Source: Nitrospirota bacterium (GTDB lineage: Bacteria > Nitrospirota > Thermodesulfovibrionia > Thermodesulfovibrionales > Dissulfurispiraceae). Taken from it: 64,000 bases of DNA. Below, piece after piece: positions 28,313 to 38,116 of the stretch. The notes below the pieces were generated by a model. That model had not been told where the DNA came from and did not search any database. It saw only the letters and a program-made list of their open reading frames with translations. Each line of letters begins with the position of its first letter. Within the stretch, counting starts at the first letter, position 1. Location of the stretch: the NCBI GenBank assembly GCA_963710375.1, contig CAVPZX010000003.1, positions 288,001-352,000 of the forward strand, written 5' to 3'. Position numbers and translations under genes: made by a program.

Positions 28313-28774
28313 ATGAAGGATGGAAAAGAAATAATGCGTAAACCGTTTATCTTTAACTCGGGCTTCACGCTTCTTGAGATCATCGTCGTGGTATTCATTC
28401 TGAGCCTGCTAGTTGCGATTGTCGCACCGAAGATTATGGGGAAAACTGATGACGCAAAGATAGCCCAGGCCAAGGTGCAGATAAGAAATTTTGAGACCGC
28501 CCTCAAAATGTACAAACTCGATAACGGATCTTATCCGACAACCGAGCAGGGACTCGATGCGCTGATTAATAAGCCTGTGACAGGACAGATACCAACTGCG
28601 TACAGGGATGGCGGTTATCTTGAAGAGCACAAAATCCCGATGGATCCCTGGGGCAACCCTTACGTTTACCTCTCGCCCGGCGCACATGGTGATTTTGACA
28701 TTATCAGCTTTGGCGCCGATGGGAAAGAAGGCGGCGAAGGGAAGAATGCGGACATCGCAAATTACAATATGTGA
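28313..28774 (+). CDS. gspG: T2SS major pseudopilin, cluster 2
   Basis: G|FTLLE; YKLDNGSYPTTEQGL, DPWGNPY, SFGADGKEGGEGKNADI. Confidence 0.95.
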   Translation: MKDGKEIMRKPFIFNSGFTLLEIIVVVFILSLLVAIVAPKIMGKTDDAKIAQAKVQIRNFETALKMYKLDNGSYPTTEQGLDALINKPVTGQIPTAYRDGGYLEEHKIPMDPWGNPYVYLSPGAHGDFDIISFGADGKEGGEGKNADIANYNM

Positions 28775-28779
28775 GGGTT

Positions 28780-28970
28780 TTTCTGCAATTCAGACAGTAC
28801 GGGGTAATTTTTCTTTGCGAGCGATTAGCCCGCTAAGCCAGACCTGCTGTCTATACGGAATATCATCTATGTTCCAGTTATACATGTGGGCTCGGCGTTA
28901 CTCGCCCTTTGCAGATAACCCAGGCGCTCGACTGCAGAAAAACAACCCCGTACTGTCTGAATTGCAGAAA
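28780..28970. mobile_element. MITE-like element with family B termini and a family C-like interior
   Basis: 26-bp perfect TIR tttctgcaattcagacagtacggggt, flanked by GGTT on both sides; the interior contains atgtgggctcggcgttactcgccc...gataacccagg, shared with family C. Confidence 0.85.
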
Positions 28971-29402
28971 GGTTTTACCCTTCTGGAACTCCTGGTGGTG
29001 ATCTTTCTGGTTTCCCTGCTGATGGCTATTGTCTTTCCGTCCATGTATGGTGCGGAAGGGATAAGTTTGAAGTCTGATGCACAGAGGATAGCATCGGTGT
29101 TGAGGTATCTGAACGACAGCTCTATTACAACAAAAGATCCTTATTCTCTCACGTTCGATTTCGGGGGAAATACCATATCATGGAAAGGTCCTGATGTAGA
29201 GAAGACCGAACAGTTAAGGAGTCTGTCGTCGGTTGAGCTGCCTTCAAAGGGGAAGGTTGGTGAAGGCCAGGTGATCGTATCTTTCGGCCCGCTCGGGATA
29301 CAGGAAAACCTTGTGGTCCATCTGCGGCAGGCAGGGGAGACAATGATGGTAGTTTTCAATCAATTGAGCGGAAGGGCCGCAATAAAAACAGATGACCGGT
29401 GA
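28869..29402 (+). CDS. gspH: T2SS minor pseudopilin, cluster 2, leader derived from the MITE
   Basis: G|FTLLELLVV with the Gly codon at 28971. The nearest in-frame ATGs (28869, 28884) lie inside the MITE; start uncertain. Confidence 0.75.
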   Translation: MFQLYMWARRYSPFADNPGARLQKNNPVLSELQKGFTLLELLVVIFLVSLLMAIVFPSMYGAEGISLKSDAQRIASVLRYLNDSSITTKDPYSLTFDFGGNTISWKGPDVEKTEQLRSLSSVELPSKGKVGEGQVIVSFGPLGIQENLVVHLRQAGETMMVVFNQLSGRAAIKTDDR

Positions 29403-29766
29403 CAGGACAGCTAACGGGTTTACTCTTCTAGAGGTCATGATTGCTCTGGCAATTATCGGAGGCGTACTCCTTACTCTTATCTACTCATTGAATTATCATC
29501 TCGGCATTGCGGGCAGGCACGAAGCGGTTACTATTGCAACGATGCTTGCGAAGGAAAAAATGGTTGATGCTGAATTGTCGCCCTTGAGCACAAGTGGAGA
29601 TTTTGAAGCGCCGTACGAGGCATTTCACTATAAGACTGATGTAACCGAGTCAGAGTTTCCGGGGTTTTCGGAGCTTTCAGTCACAGTTACCGCAGACAAA
29701 GAGAGCGTCACATTTTCAGAATTGATACACAATAACGTCAATGCATCACTTAATAATGCGACATAG
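29392..29766 (+). CDS. gspI: T2SS minor pseudopilin, cluster 2
   Basis: G|FTLLEVMIALAI; size and position. Confidence 0.85.
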   Translation: MTGDRTANGFTLLEVMIALAIIGGVLLTLIYSLNYHLGIAGRHEAVTIATMLAKEKMVDAELSPLSTSGDFEAPYEAFHYKTDVTESEFPGFSELSVTVTADKESVTFSELIHNNVNASLNNAT

Positions 29767-30391
29767 AAACAATCCTGTACTGTCTGAATTGCGGACTCAT
29801 AAGTCCTGTCACGGGTTTACGCTCATAGAGATGCTGCTCGCCATTGCGCTTTTATCCATCGTGCTGGTCGCTCTCTACGGCACTTTTTTCGTATCACAAA
29901 AGGCGATAGAGGGCGCTGACGATACCCTTGTGAGACTTCAGGAAGGCAGGACTGCTCTGGATATTTTACGCCGGGAACTTGCTTCCGCGGTTTTTAGCGG
30001 GAGTAACAACCTGACGCTTTTTACTATGAAGGAAACTGATATATATGATAAAAAGGTTTCGACGCTTTCATTTACCGCATTCTCTCCGTATATACCGGGA
30101 CTCGCGAATATACAATATTATGTGGAAGAAAGGAAGGGAAGGCTGGTCCTCCTGAAAAAAATAAATCCTTACTGGAACATTGACACAAATATGAAGGGCA
30201 CCGAAATTATCGATGATGTCGAAAGATTTACTGTTGAGAGCCTCTATAACGGACAATGGGTAAGCATCTGGGACACAGGAGAGACCGTTAAATTGCCTGA
30301 TGAACTCAGAGTTACGATTACGGTCCGTATTAGAGACAAGCTCATACCCCTTTTTGAGATCATCCGACCCAGGATAGGGAAGGCGATATGA
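29741..30391 (+). CDS. gspJ: T2SS minor pseudopilin, cluster 2
   Basis: G|FTLIEMLLAI; W...WD.....LPDELRV C-terminus. Start at 29741 or 29756. Confidence 0.85.
   Translation: MHHLIMRHRNNPVLSELRTHKSCHGFTLIEMLLAIALLSIVLVALYGTFFVSQKAIEGADDTLVRLQEGRTALDILRRELASAVFSGSNNLTLFTMKETDIYDKKVSTLSFTAFSPYIPGLANIQYYVEERKGRLVLLKKINPYWNIDTNMKGTEIIDDVERFTVESLYNGQWVSIWDTGETVKLPDELRVTITVRIRDKLIPLFEIIRPRIGKAI
29767..29792. mobile_element. Solo family B right end inside the gspJ leader
   Basis: aaacaatcctgtactgtctgaattgc versus aaacaaccccgtactgtctgaattgc at 28940-28965; both encode NNPVLSEL. Confidence 0.75.
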
Positions 30392-31323
30392 GGGCGATGC
30401 ATAGAACTGCACGTAGTCCATTGAGGAGCCGCGCCAATAACTCAGACGGTATGGCCCTTATCATAACGCTGTTTGTCATTGCAATTATAACCACGCTTGT
30501 AGTCGAATTTGCCTACGGCGTTTATGTAAGCACCAATGCATTATATAACTGGCAGTCCTCGCAAAGGCTTTCTTATGTGGCCAAGTCAGCTGTCAGATTT
30601 GCCTCGTGGATCATCTCTGAAAACAGCAGCCAGGTTGCCTATACCTATCCCGGAACTATAGATATTGTCCGCAAGAAGCCTGTGCCAAGTTTTAGCGGGG
30701 ACCTGACGATAAGAATCGAGAATGAAAACATCAAGTTCAATCTGAACACACTCGTTTTTGCCAACGGGTCAGTGAACCGGCCGGCATATAATTCGCTTGT
30801 CAGGATGCTTAATGCCCTGAACCTTGATCCAGCTATCGCCGACCGGATAATCGATTGGACAGGTCCGGGTTCCGGACAGGTTATTTCCGATATTTCCAGC
30901 ACCAGAGCCAAATTGAAACATGCCCCTTTCGACAGTGTTGACGAGCTTCTCTCGGTTCCGGGGATAAGCAGGGCCGTTTATGACAGGCTTGTTCCCTATG
31001 TTACAATATACGGCAGCGGTGTTATCAATATTAACGGCGCCGAGGTTCCGGTGCTCATGTCTCTTTCAGACTCTGTTGACAGGGATATGGCTGAAAGGCT
31101 TGTGCAATACAGGGGAAACATTCCTTTTCAAGACGTTTCCGACATCGTGAAGGTGGCGGGTTTTGAAACGATAGGGGCCTCACTGATGGGAAGCATAACT
31201 GTGAAGGGAGACGTTTTTCGTGTTGTGGCAACGGCGACTGATGGAGGCATCAGGAAGATCGTCGAAAGCGTGCTTCAGGTGTCCGGCAGCAGTCCTGCCG
31301 TCATCTACTGGAAGGAAATTTAA
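30388..31323 (+). CDS. gspK: T2SS minor pseudopilin, cluster 2
   Basis: G|MALIITL, KFNLNTL, IADRIIDW, FDSVDELLSVPG, ININGA. Confidence 0.92.
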   Translation: MRAMHRTARSPLRSRANNSDGMALIITLFVIAIITTLVVEFAYGVYVSTNALYNWQSSQRLSYVAKSAVRFASWIISENSSQVAYTYPGTIDIVRKKPVPSFSGDLTIRIENENIKFNLNTLVFANGSVNRPAYNSLVRMLNALNLDPAIADRIIDWTGPGSGQVISDISSTRAKLKHAPFDSVDELLSVPGISRAVYDRLVPYVTIYGSGVININGAEVPVLMSLSDSVDRDMAERLVQYRGNIPFQDVSDIVKVAGFETIGASLMGSITVKGDVFRVVATATDGGIRKIVESVLQVSGSSPAVIYWKEI

Positions 31324-31329
31324 TTTTAT

Positions 31330-32412
31330 ATGGGCATAACACTCTTTTTTGATTTAAAGGACGAACCCCTGCTGTATACGTTCGAAAAGAGCAAGGGAAC
31401 TTATATAAAAAAAGATGTGCTTCGCATATCGTTAAGCCCTGAGTATGAACCCGGGCTTGAGAGGATACCTCATGACATAGAGACATCATATGTGAGCGTG
31501 CCCCTGAACATGCTGAGCTTCCGTACCATTGAACTTCCTTTTTCGGACATGAAAAGGGTAAGGGAGGTGCTTCCTTTTGAACTCGATAATCTCATTCTCG
31601 GTGGCTCAGGGGTTATTGTTTTTGACGCGCGCATCCTGAAGGAGCGCGAGGGCACATATAAATTTCTGGCCGTCTGCATGATGAAGGATTCTCTCAGCAA
31701 ACTGCTGGATGGTTTCAGGCGGAAGGGCATCGATATAAAAACGGTCACATCTATAGATCTGGTTTCTGCGTTTGATGCTTTTTCATCTGAGGACGAGATT
31801 GCGGACCTGCTGATGCACCAGTCTCCAGGGTCTTTGAGTGCTGAAGACCGCATAGCCGTAGCTGCCCATGAAATGGCTGCCCCGGCAATTGACCTAAGGA
31901 GGGGAGAGTTTACCTACAAGGGCGATACCGAAAAGGCGAGGAAATCTTTAAAATACACTCTGGTGTTCGGCGTGCTGCTGATACTGCTCCTTGTTTCGGA
32001 TCTGTTGTTGAACGGCATCGCCATGAAAAAGGAGTCCTTGTCCATAGATGACGGGATAAGGAAGAGCTATACAGATATGTTTCCCGGGGAGAAAAATATA
32101 ACAAGCGAAATTTATCAGCTGAAAGCCCATTTACGGGAGTTGAAAGGCAAAGAGCCCCTGTTTGCGGGGATTTCACCTCTTCAGTTCCTGCTGGATTTAA
32201 CCGCCTCGGGCAAGAACGGATTTTCTTTTAATGATATAGATATTGATAACAGCCGCATAATCCTGAAAGGGGAATGCAGGACGCTGAGCGATGTGCAGAC
32301 GCTCAGGAATTCGCTTGCCGCATTTTTGACCGATGTCGCAATTTCAGATACAAAACCGCTTGCACAGGGAAGGACGGCTTTTACGATTACCGCAAAGGGT
32401 CTGCGCACATGA
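31330..32412 (+). CDS. gspL: T2SS GspL, cluster 2
   Basis: FRTIELPF...LPFELD, IDLRRGEF, TM helix, periplasmic domain. Confidence 0.85.
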   Translation: MGITLFFDLKDEPLLYTFEKSKGTYIKKDVLRISLSPEYEPGLERIPHDIETSYVSVPLNMLSFRTIELPFSDMKRVREVLPFELDNLILGGSGVIVFDARILKEREGTYKFLAVCMMKDSLSKLLDGFRRKGIDIKTVTSIDLVSAFDAFSSEDEIADLLMHQSPGSLSAEDRIAVAAHEMAAPAIDLRRGEFTYKGDTEKARKSLKYTLVFGVLLILLLVSDLLLNGIAMKKESLSIDDGIRKSYTDMFPGEKNITSEIYQLKAHLRELKGKEPLFAGISPLQFLLDLTASGKNGFSFNDIDIDNSRIILKGECRTLSDVQTLRNSLAAFLTDVAISDTKPLAQGRTAFTITAKGLRT

Positions 32413-32909
32413 GCAAAGTAAAAAAAAGCGCATTACTTATAGCAGGGGCTGCAGCTGTTCCGGTCGTACTATGCATTATAGCAGTGAGCTTTTTTTTCTC
32501 CTCCAAAAATGAACTCGCTGTAGCCCATGCCAGGCAGAAAGAATTTGCATTGCTCAAAAGCGAATACCAGACAATGAAAAGCGGTATCGATGTCATTGAG
32601 AACAAGAAGTCGATTTCCAATGTAAAAGGGATACTCCAGGCTGTCGACGAAATCTTCCTGTCACTGGGACTGAAGCAGAGAATCAGATCGGTAAAGCCGC
32701 TGACCACGCAAGAGGCCCCGGGATTGGTTGAAGAAGAAGCAGAAGTGCAGGTGGAGAGAGTGAATATAAACGAGGCCGTCAATCTCTTTTACAAGATAGA
32801 GAACGCGCCGATGAGTATTTTTATAAAGAAGGCTGCCATGAAAGCCTCTTTTGAAAATCCTGCAAATCTTGACATTACCATTACCATTGCCCTAGTACGT
32901 CCTAAATGA
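32409..32909 (+). CDS. gspM: T2SS GspM-like protein, cluster 2
   Basis: ATG overlaps the gspL stop; TM helix, coiled coil, LFYKIENAP. Confidence 0.75.
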   Translation: MSKVKKSALLIAGAAAVPVVLCIIAVSFFFSSKNELAVAHARQKEFALLKSEYQTMKSGIDVIENKKSISNVKGILQAVDEIFLSLGLKQRIRSVKPLTTQEAPGLVEEEAEVQVERVNINEAVNLFYKIENAPMSIFIKKAAMKASFENPANLDITITIALVRPK

Positions 32910-33679
32910 AAAAGGCCCTGATTGCCTGTGCTGCGGCATTGGCTATCATTATCGGTTTATGGCTTATTGTGTTGCCTGAAGACCTGATCCTCAGCCGGAT
33001 TAATGAAACACTTAGGACAGACAATCTCAGCCTCGAAATCCCCGGCTTTCAAAAAGGGCCTTTTTTTACATTTCATGCCCCTGTGCTGCGGCTGAAGAAA
33101 GGGGACACCGTCCTTTTGACGATCGGGTCGTTGACAGGGTCAATTAATCCACTGTCGCTGGTGCTTATGAGACTCCCGCTCTCGTTCAGTGGGAACATGG
33201 GAGGGGGCACTATGGAGGGACATATTGACCTGCTGCACTGGCACGATCGTTTCGCCATCACAATTGATAAGGCCGGAATTGGACAGTCCGCCCTCTTAAG
33301 CACACTCGGTTTAAACGGAGACGGGGTGCTCTCCGGCAGTGTGATTGCCCTTGAAAAGTGTTTCGAAATGAAATTTGAGATAAGAGAAGCGCATTTTACC
33401 GGCTCGGTGTACGGGTTGCCCATACCGCCGGACCTCTTTCATACCGTCCGGGGGCTTATCAGGGCAAGCGGGAATAATCTAGGGATAGACTCCCTATGGA
33501 TGGAGGGGCAGGGCCTGAATGCCCGGCTTAAAGGCACTTTAAAAGGCAGACAAGCCGATCTGACGCTCGATATAATGAAGGACTCGTCATTTGTGGACAG
33601 AAGCCAGTTGTTGCAGCTTTTGGAGCGTTACAAGGTTTCACCCGGATACTATGTTGTGCCGGTAAAAGGAGTAATATAA
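32906..33679 (+). CDS. gspN: T2SS GspN-like protein, cluster 2
   Basis: N-terminal TM helix ending LP, beta-rich body; last gene of the C-N operon. Confidence 0.7.
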   Translation: MKKALIACAAALAIIIGLWLIVLPEDLILSRINETLRTDNLSLEIPGFQKGPFFTFHAPVLRLKKGDTVLLTIGSLTGSINPLSLVLMRLPLSFSGNMGGGTMEGHIDLLHWHDRFAITIDKAGIGQSALLSTLGLNGDGVLSGSVIALEKCFEMKFEIREAHFTGSVYGLPIPPDLFHTVRGLIRASGNNLGIDSLWMEGQGLNARLKGTLKGRQADLTLDIMKDSSFVDRSQLLQLLERYKVSPGYYVVPVKGVI

Positions 33680-33771
33680 ACCTTGTACTGACCCGCTGCC
33701 ACAATTGTAATTCACTTTCTCATGTAGTATGATAAGTTAAAAAGATTATGCATAGAGAAAGGAATGGCCGG

Positions 33772-34053
33772 ATGCAAAGAATTCTCCTTGATGAGGCAAG
33801 GCCGTCTATGGTTCTGGCAGTGGCGGTGAAGGACGATAGAAAGAATATACTTTTCCTTAGAGGCGCTGAACTGACGGAAAAACACATCGGGATAATGAAG
33901 AACAATAAAATTTGCAAAGTGGTTGTTGAAGGGTCCCCTGTGCGAAAAAAGGGAGGCGAGGCAGCAAAGGCGGTCGAAAAAAGGTTCTCTTCTTCGGGTA
34001 ACGCTGCCCTTGCACTTAGAATTCGTGATATGCTGAAAGAACTGATCGAATGA
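33772..34053 (+). CDS. Small hypothetical protein resembling the N-terminal module of HD-GYP proteins
   Basis: ILLDEARPSMVLA..V.D....IL...GAELTEKHI..MK...I..VVVEG; overlaps the next start (ATGA). Start at 33748 or 33772. Confidence 0.7.
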   Translation: MQRILLDEARPSMVLAVAVKDDRKNILFLRGAELTEKHIGIMKNNKICKVVVEGSPVRKKGGEAAKAVEKRFSSSGNAALALRIRDMLKELIE

Positions 34054-34907
34054 GCTCCATGGCCTCTTCTAACAAAGGCAGACTTTTTAACGCCAAAGAT
34101 TTGCCCACCATTCCCTCTTCCCACATGAAGATAGTTAAACTCATCGAGGACGGAGGCTATTCCATGGATGACCTCAGCGCCTTAATAGAACGTGACCCGG
34201 TGATTTCGAGCAAAGTTCTCCGCCTCGTTAACTCGCCTTATTATAACCTCTACGCCGAGATAGCCTCAGTGAATAAGGCCATTGTCCTTTTGGGAGCGAA
34301 CCTTCTGAGGGGACTGGTATTGAGCACTTCACTCTTTCAGAGCGCTGATGAGTTATTGCCGGGGCTGTGGGACCACTCCTACTTCTGTTCTATAGTGGCG
34401 GCTTCCCTGGCTGACAGGCTGCTCATGCGAAACATCGAGGATATAATGACAGGCGCGCTGCTTCATGATATTGGGAAGATAGTGATACGGAAAGAATTGC
34501 CGGAGGAATCAAAGCTAATAGATCAACTCATTTTCTCAGAAGAAATCCCGATGATCGAGGCCGAAAAAAGGGTTCTTGGTGTCACTCATTGCGACACTGG
34601 CTCGTTTCTCGCAGAAAACTGGAACTTCCCCTCGCTCATCAAGGACATCATATCTTTTCATCACTTTCCGTCGCTATGCCTGTTGCACAAAAAGGAAGCT
34701 GCTGTGTCGCACCTTGCCGATTTTATAGTTAAGGGTATAGGCGTATCATATTCACGAGATATTTTTGTACCGGCCCTGGACGAGGAGGTATTGAAATCTT
34801 TGTCCCTGGCGGAAGAAGAGTTGCCGGACATCCTGGTCGGGGTGCTGGAGCTTGCCGATAACAACCCCGTTTTTTCAAAGTATCTGATTGGCGGAATAAA
34901 TGCCTGA
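34050..34907 (+). CDS. HDOD domain protein
   Basis: LPTIP, DPVISSKVLRLVNSPYY, AIVLLG, WDHS, ALLHDIGK, W.FP, HH.P. Confidence 0.92.
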   Translation: MSSMASSNKGRLFNAKDLPTIPSSHMKIVKLIEDGGYSMDDLSALIERDPVISSKVLRLVNSPYYNLYAEIASVNKAIVLLGANLLRGLVLSTSLFQSADELLPGLWDHSYFCSIVAASLADRLLMRNIEDIMTGALLHDIGKIVIRKELPEESKLIDQLIFSEEIPMIEAEKRVLGVTHCDTGSFLAENWNFPSLIKDIISFHHFPSLCLLHKKEAAVSHLADFIVKGIGVSYSRDIFVPALDEEVLKSLSLAEEELPDILVGVLELADNNPVFSKYLIGGINA

Positions 34908-36492
34908 CAAGAACTTCTCTGATATATTATGCAGCCTCTCCAGCATCCTCTATTCTTTCAAGGATGCGGAATCCATGTGTTCCGACGTCGTAAACCTGCT
35001 GATCTCTGCCCCTGCTGTCAAGAGGAGCCTGGCAATTATGAAGGGGTGGCGCGGAGAGTTCCACACTGTTGGTTATTCGGGGATATCACGGATCAGAGGA
35101 CTGGAACTGAAAAATGTTCCTTGCGACAAGGACACTAACGAGTTTATTTCCCAGATATTGAAAAACAAAGAGACGGTGGTAGTGGACAATCTGCCCCACG
35201 GCATAGCTTCCCCCGACTCGACAGGAAAGAACTTAATGTGCCCCATCATGTGCAAGGGCAAGGGTGTCGGCGTACTAATTGTCGAAGTTTCAGACGACCC
35301 GGACAGCATCGTTAAGTGGATAGATGCTGTTGCCCGGTACCTCTCACTTGCTATCGAGAACCATACTATCCACAACGAATGGCTCGAAAACCGTATCGAA
35401 CTGGTCCACGAGATTGAGACCCTGCAGCTCATGTACGAGATCGGCAAGGAAATCCTCGTCAACTTGAGGACAGAGGAGATAATTCAAACCGTAGCACTGA
35501 TGATACGCAGGATCATTCCATGTGACGGAGTCACCATGACACTCTTCGACGAGGAGAAAGGCGCATTCAAGGTCATTGACTCTACCGGCACGGGACTCGA
35601 AAAAGGGCTGGAACTTACGGAGGCTGACGTGCCTTTTTACCGCGTTGCAGTGCGCGGAAAGACATTCTACCAGCACGATATCACTCTCGACATCAAGGAT
35701 TTTTCAAAGTTGGCTGAATGGGCTGAGGAGAAAAACGTATATTCCTATTTCTGCGTGCCGCTCATGGTGAAAGACAGACTCTTCGGCGCTCTCATCCTGT
35801 CCAGCGTCCGTTCCGCCTGGTTCTCAGGCACTCACCTTGCTGCTGCAGAAAAGGTGGCGACCCAGGTAGGCATTGCACTCGCAAACGCCAAACTGCTGGA
35901 GGATCTAGACGAGATTTTCATAGGCACGGTAACATCGCTGGTAAATGCCATTGACGCCAAATCTGACTGGACGCGGGGCCACTCCATGAGGGTGGCGGCA
36001 TATGCGGTCAGGCTGGCGCAGAAGGTGGGTTTCAGCCGCGAAAAGACCGAGAGGATGCGTATAGCCGCTATTTTGCACGATATAGGGAAAATAGGTATCT
36101 ACGAGGCGATACTGGACAAGCCGGGCAAACTGACGAAGGAAGAGGTTGACGAGATGAGGAAACATCCGTCCCAAGGCGTGGATATCCTCGTGCCTCTGAA
36201 TGCTCTCAAGGACATCATCCCTATTATCAAGCACCACCATGAGAGGTACGATGGCGAGGGTTATCCTGACGGCCTTGCGGGTGAAGACATCCCTCTTGAA
36301 GCACGTATATTGGCCATTGCCGACGTGTATGACGCGATGAGATCAGAAAGGCCTTACCGCAGGGGCCTGACCTTCGATGAGGCGGCGCAGGAGCTGTTGA
36401 ACGAAGCGGGAAGGCAGTTAGACCCGGTGCTTCCCGGTCGCTTTGTTCAACCTGCTGCAACAGTCCGGACTCACAGACCACGATGCCCGTGA
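34900..36492 (+). CDS. GAF-GAF-HD-GYP cyclic dinucleotide phosphodiesterase
   Basis: DAKS.WTRGHS.RV, LHDIGK, HHERYDGEGYPDGL, IADVYDAM.SERPYR. The C-terminus may be frameshifted near 36450 (alternative stop at 36496). Confidence 0.92.
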   Translation: MPDKNFSDILCSLSSILYSFKDAESMCSDVVNLLISAPAVKRSLAIMKGWRGEFHTVGYSGISRIRGLELKNVPCDKDTNEFISQILKNKETVVVDNLPHGIASPDSTGKNLMCPIMCKGKGVGVLIVEVSDDPDSIVKWIDAVARYLSLAIENHTIHNEWLENRIELVHEIETLQLMYEIGKEILVNLRTEEIIQTVALMIRRIIPCDGVTMTLFDEEKGAFKVIDSTGTGLEKGLELTEADVPFYRVAVRGKTFYQHDITLDIKDFSKLAEWAEEKNVYSYFCVPLMVKDRLFGALILSSVRSAWFSGTHLAAAEKVATQVGIALANAKLLEDLDEIFIGTVTSLVNAIDAKSDWTRGHSMRVAAYAVRLAQKVGFSREKTERMRIAAILHDIGKIGIYEAILDKPGKLTKEEVDEMRKHPSQGVDILVPLNALKDIIPIIKHHHERYDGEGYPDGLAGEDIPLEARILAIADVYDAMRSERPYRRGLTFDEAAQELLNEAGRQLDPVLPGRFVQPAATVRTHRPRCP

Positions 36493-36519
36493 GTAGAAAC
36501 TGCCGTCCTGGTGAAGCCA

Positions 36520-37497
36520 TTACAAAAAAAGCGGGTCTTTTCGTGATGACAGTATCCTCTTTGTCTGCCTGATGTCATTATCTATATTGTCCCTGAGTTC
36601 CTTGACAGAGGCAAACTTTTTCTCTTCCCTGATCCTGTCAATGAAATGGATCCGCAGGTTTTCTCCAATAAGATTTTTGTTGAAGTCCAGGATGTGTACC
36701 TCATAGCTCATCGCCGTATCACAGAATGTGGGGTTGCTGCCTATATTGGCCACGCCATCGAATACTTCATAAGACGGCGAATTCACGGCATCTATGCCCC
36801 GGTGTCTTAAAGAAACCTTGACAGCATACACGCCCTCCCGAGGTATCAGCTCGTTGGGCGTGGTTATGTTTGCCGTAGGCGTATTGAGCAGCGGACCGCC
36901 TCTGCCAGCACCTTTTATAACAGTACCGCTGATGTGATAGGCCCTTCCCAGCATAGAGGAAGCCTCACAGACCCTTCCCCTGAGAAGCAGGCTCCGTATC
37001 CTGCTGCTGCTGACCACATCATCATCAACTTTTGCGTAACGTACCACATGGGTTTTGAATCCATATTTTCTGCCCCTGACCCTGAGCATTGAAGTCGTGC
37101 CCCTTTTGCCTTTTCCAAAGGAATAACTGTGCCCTACTATGACCCACTTTGCGCCGATCATATGGACAAGAATATTTTGTATGAAAGCGTCGGGATTAGT
37201 GTGGGCGAAATCCCTGTCAAAACTGATGCGTATGAGCGTATTTAAACCCATTCGCCCGATAAGTGTTACTTTGTCATCAGGCGTATTTATCATTTTCAGC
37301 CCCCGCTCGGGCGCAAGAACGCGCACCGGATGAGGTTGAAATGTTATGGCAATGGGGGTGCCGCCTATTTCATGAGCTTTGTCAACCACCTCTTTAAATA
37401 TTTTTTGATGGCCAAGATGGACTCCGTCAAAATTCCCTATGGTGACCACAGGGTTTTTATAAAGAAGTGATTTGGTCAAATCGCTAATTATTTCCAT
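36520..37497 (-). CDS. ribF: Bifunctional riboflavin kinase/FAD synthetase
   Basis: TIGNFDGVHLGH, VSSSRIR, PTANI, ANIGSNPTF, EVHILDF. Start moved to ATG 37497. Confidence 0.97.
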   Translation of the reverse strand: MEIISDLTKSLLYKNPVVTIGNFDGVHLGHQKIFKEVVDKAHEIGGTPIAITFQPHPVRVLAPERGLKMINTPDDKVTLIGRMGLNTLIRISFDRDFAHTNPDAFIQNILVHMIGAKWVIVGHSYSFGKGKRGTTSMLRVRGRKYGFKTHVVRYAKVDDDVVSSSRIRSLLLRGRVCEASSMLGRAYHISGTVIKGAGRGGPLLNTPTANITTPNELIPREGVYAVKVSLRHRGIDAVNSPSYEVFDGVANIGSNPTFCDTAMSYEVHILDFNKNLIGENLRIHFIDRIREEKKFASVKELRDNIDNDIRQTKRILSSRKDPLFL

Positions 37498-38116
37498 GGA
37501 GGTTGCCTGATAAACTTCCGCCTTTTGCAAGGGCAGCCAATTCAAGGTAAATGTATGCAACCTGATCTCTGGTTGCATCAAGTCCATCGTTGTTATCTAT
37601 ACGGTAATCCGCCCGGCTTATCTTCATTTCTATGGGGAATTGGCTATTCAAACGTTTAAGTGCGGTTTCTTCCGAGACTCCTTTCCGTAACAAGTTTTGG
37701 ACAGCGGTCTCAAATGATGTATATACCGTGATGATCCTGTCGAACCGGTTTTGGTAACTTCGCTCGTAGAGCAGGGGCGTTTCTATAACCACGACGGCGT
37801 TGCTGCACAATAACGACAGTTCAGACAGTTTTTTGTCTATTTTATTAAATACCCGTGGGTGAAGAATATCCTCAAGGGATATTCTGAGTGACGGAGACTC
37901 AAATACGATATCAGCCAACATTTTCTTGTTTATCGAATTGCCCTCGGCAATATCTTCCCCTATGGCATTTTTTATTTCGTTTATTACTTCAGGGTCTTTA
38001 ATCAGTTCGCCCACGATAACATCGGTGTCAATGGTCACTGCCCCGAGTTCACCGAACATTTTTGATACCGTGCTTTTACCCATCCCGTAATTTCCGGTAA
38101 GGCCGACCACGATCAT
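37484..38116 (-). CDS. coaE: Dephospho-CoA kinase
   Basis: VGLTGNYGMGKSTV, LE.ILHP.V, E.PLLYE, ADY.IDN. Confidence 0.95.
   Translation of the reverse strand: MIVVGLTGNYGMGKSTVSKMFGELGAVTIDTDVIVGELIKDPEVINEIKNAIGEDIAEGNSINKKMLADIVFESPSLRISLEDILHPRVFNKIDKKLSELSLLCSNAVVVIETPLLYERSYQNRFDRIITVYTSFETAVQNLLRKGVSEETALKRLNSQFPIEMKISRADYRIDNNDGLDATRDQVAYIYLELAALAKGGSLSGNLHGNN

Noticed and set aside
28608..28868. Long N-terminal extension of gspH2 in the ORF track
   Set aside because: It overlaps gspG2 out of frame and runs through the MITE; not a plausible start.
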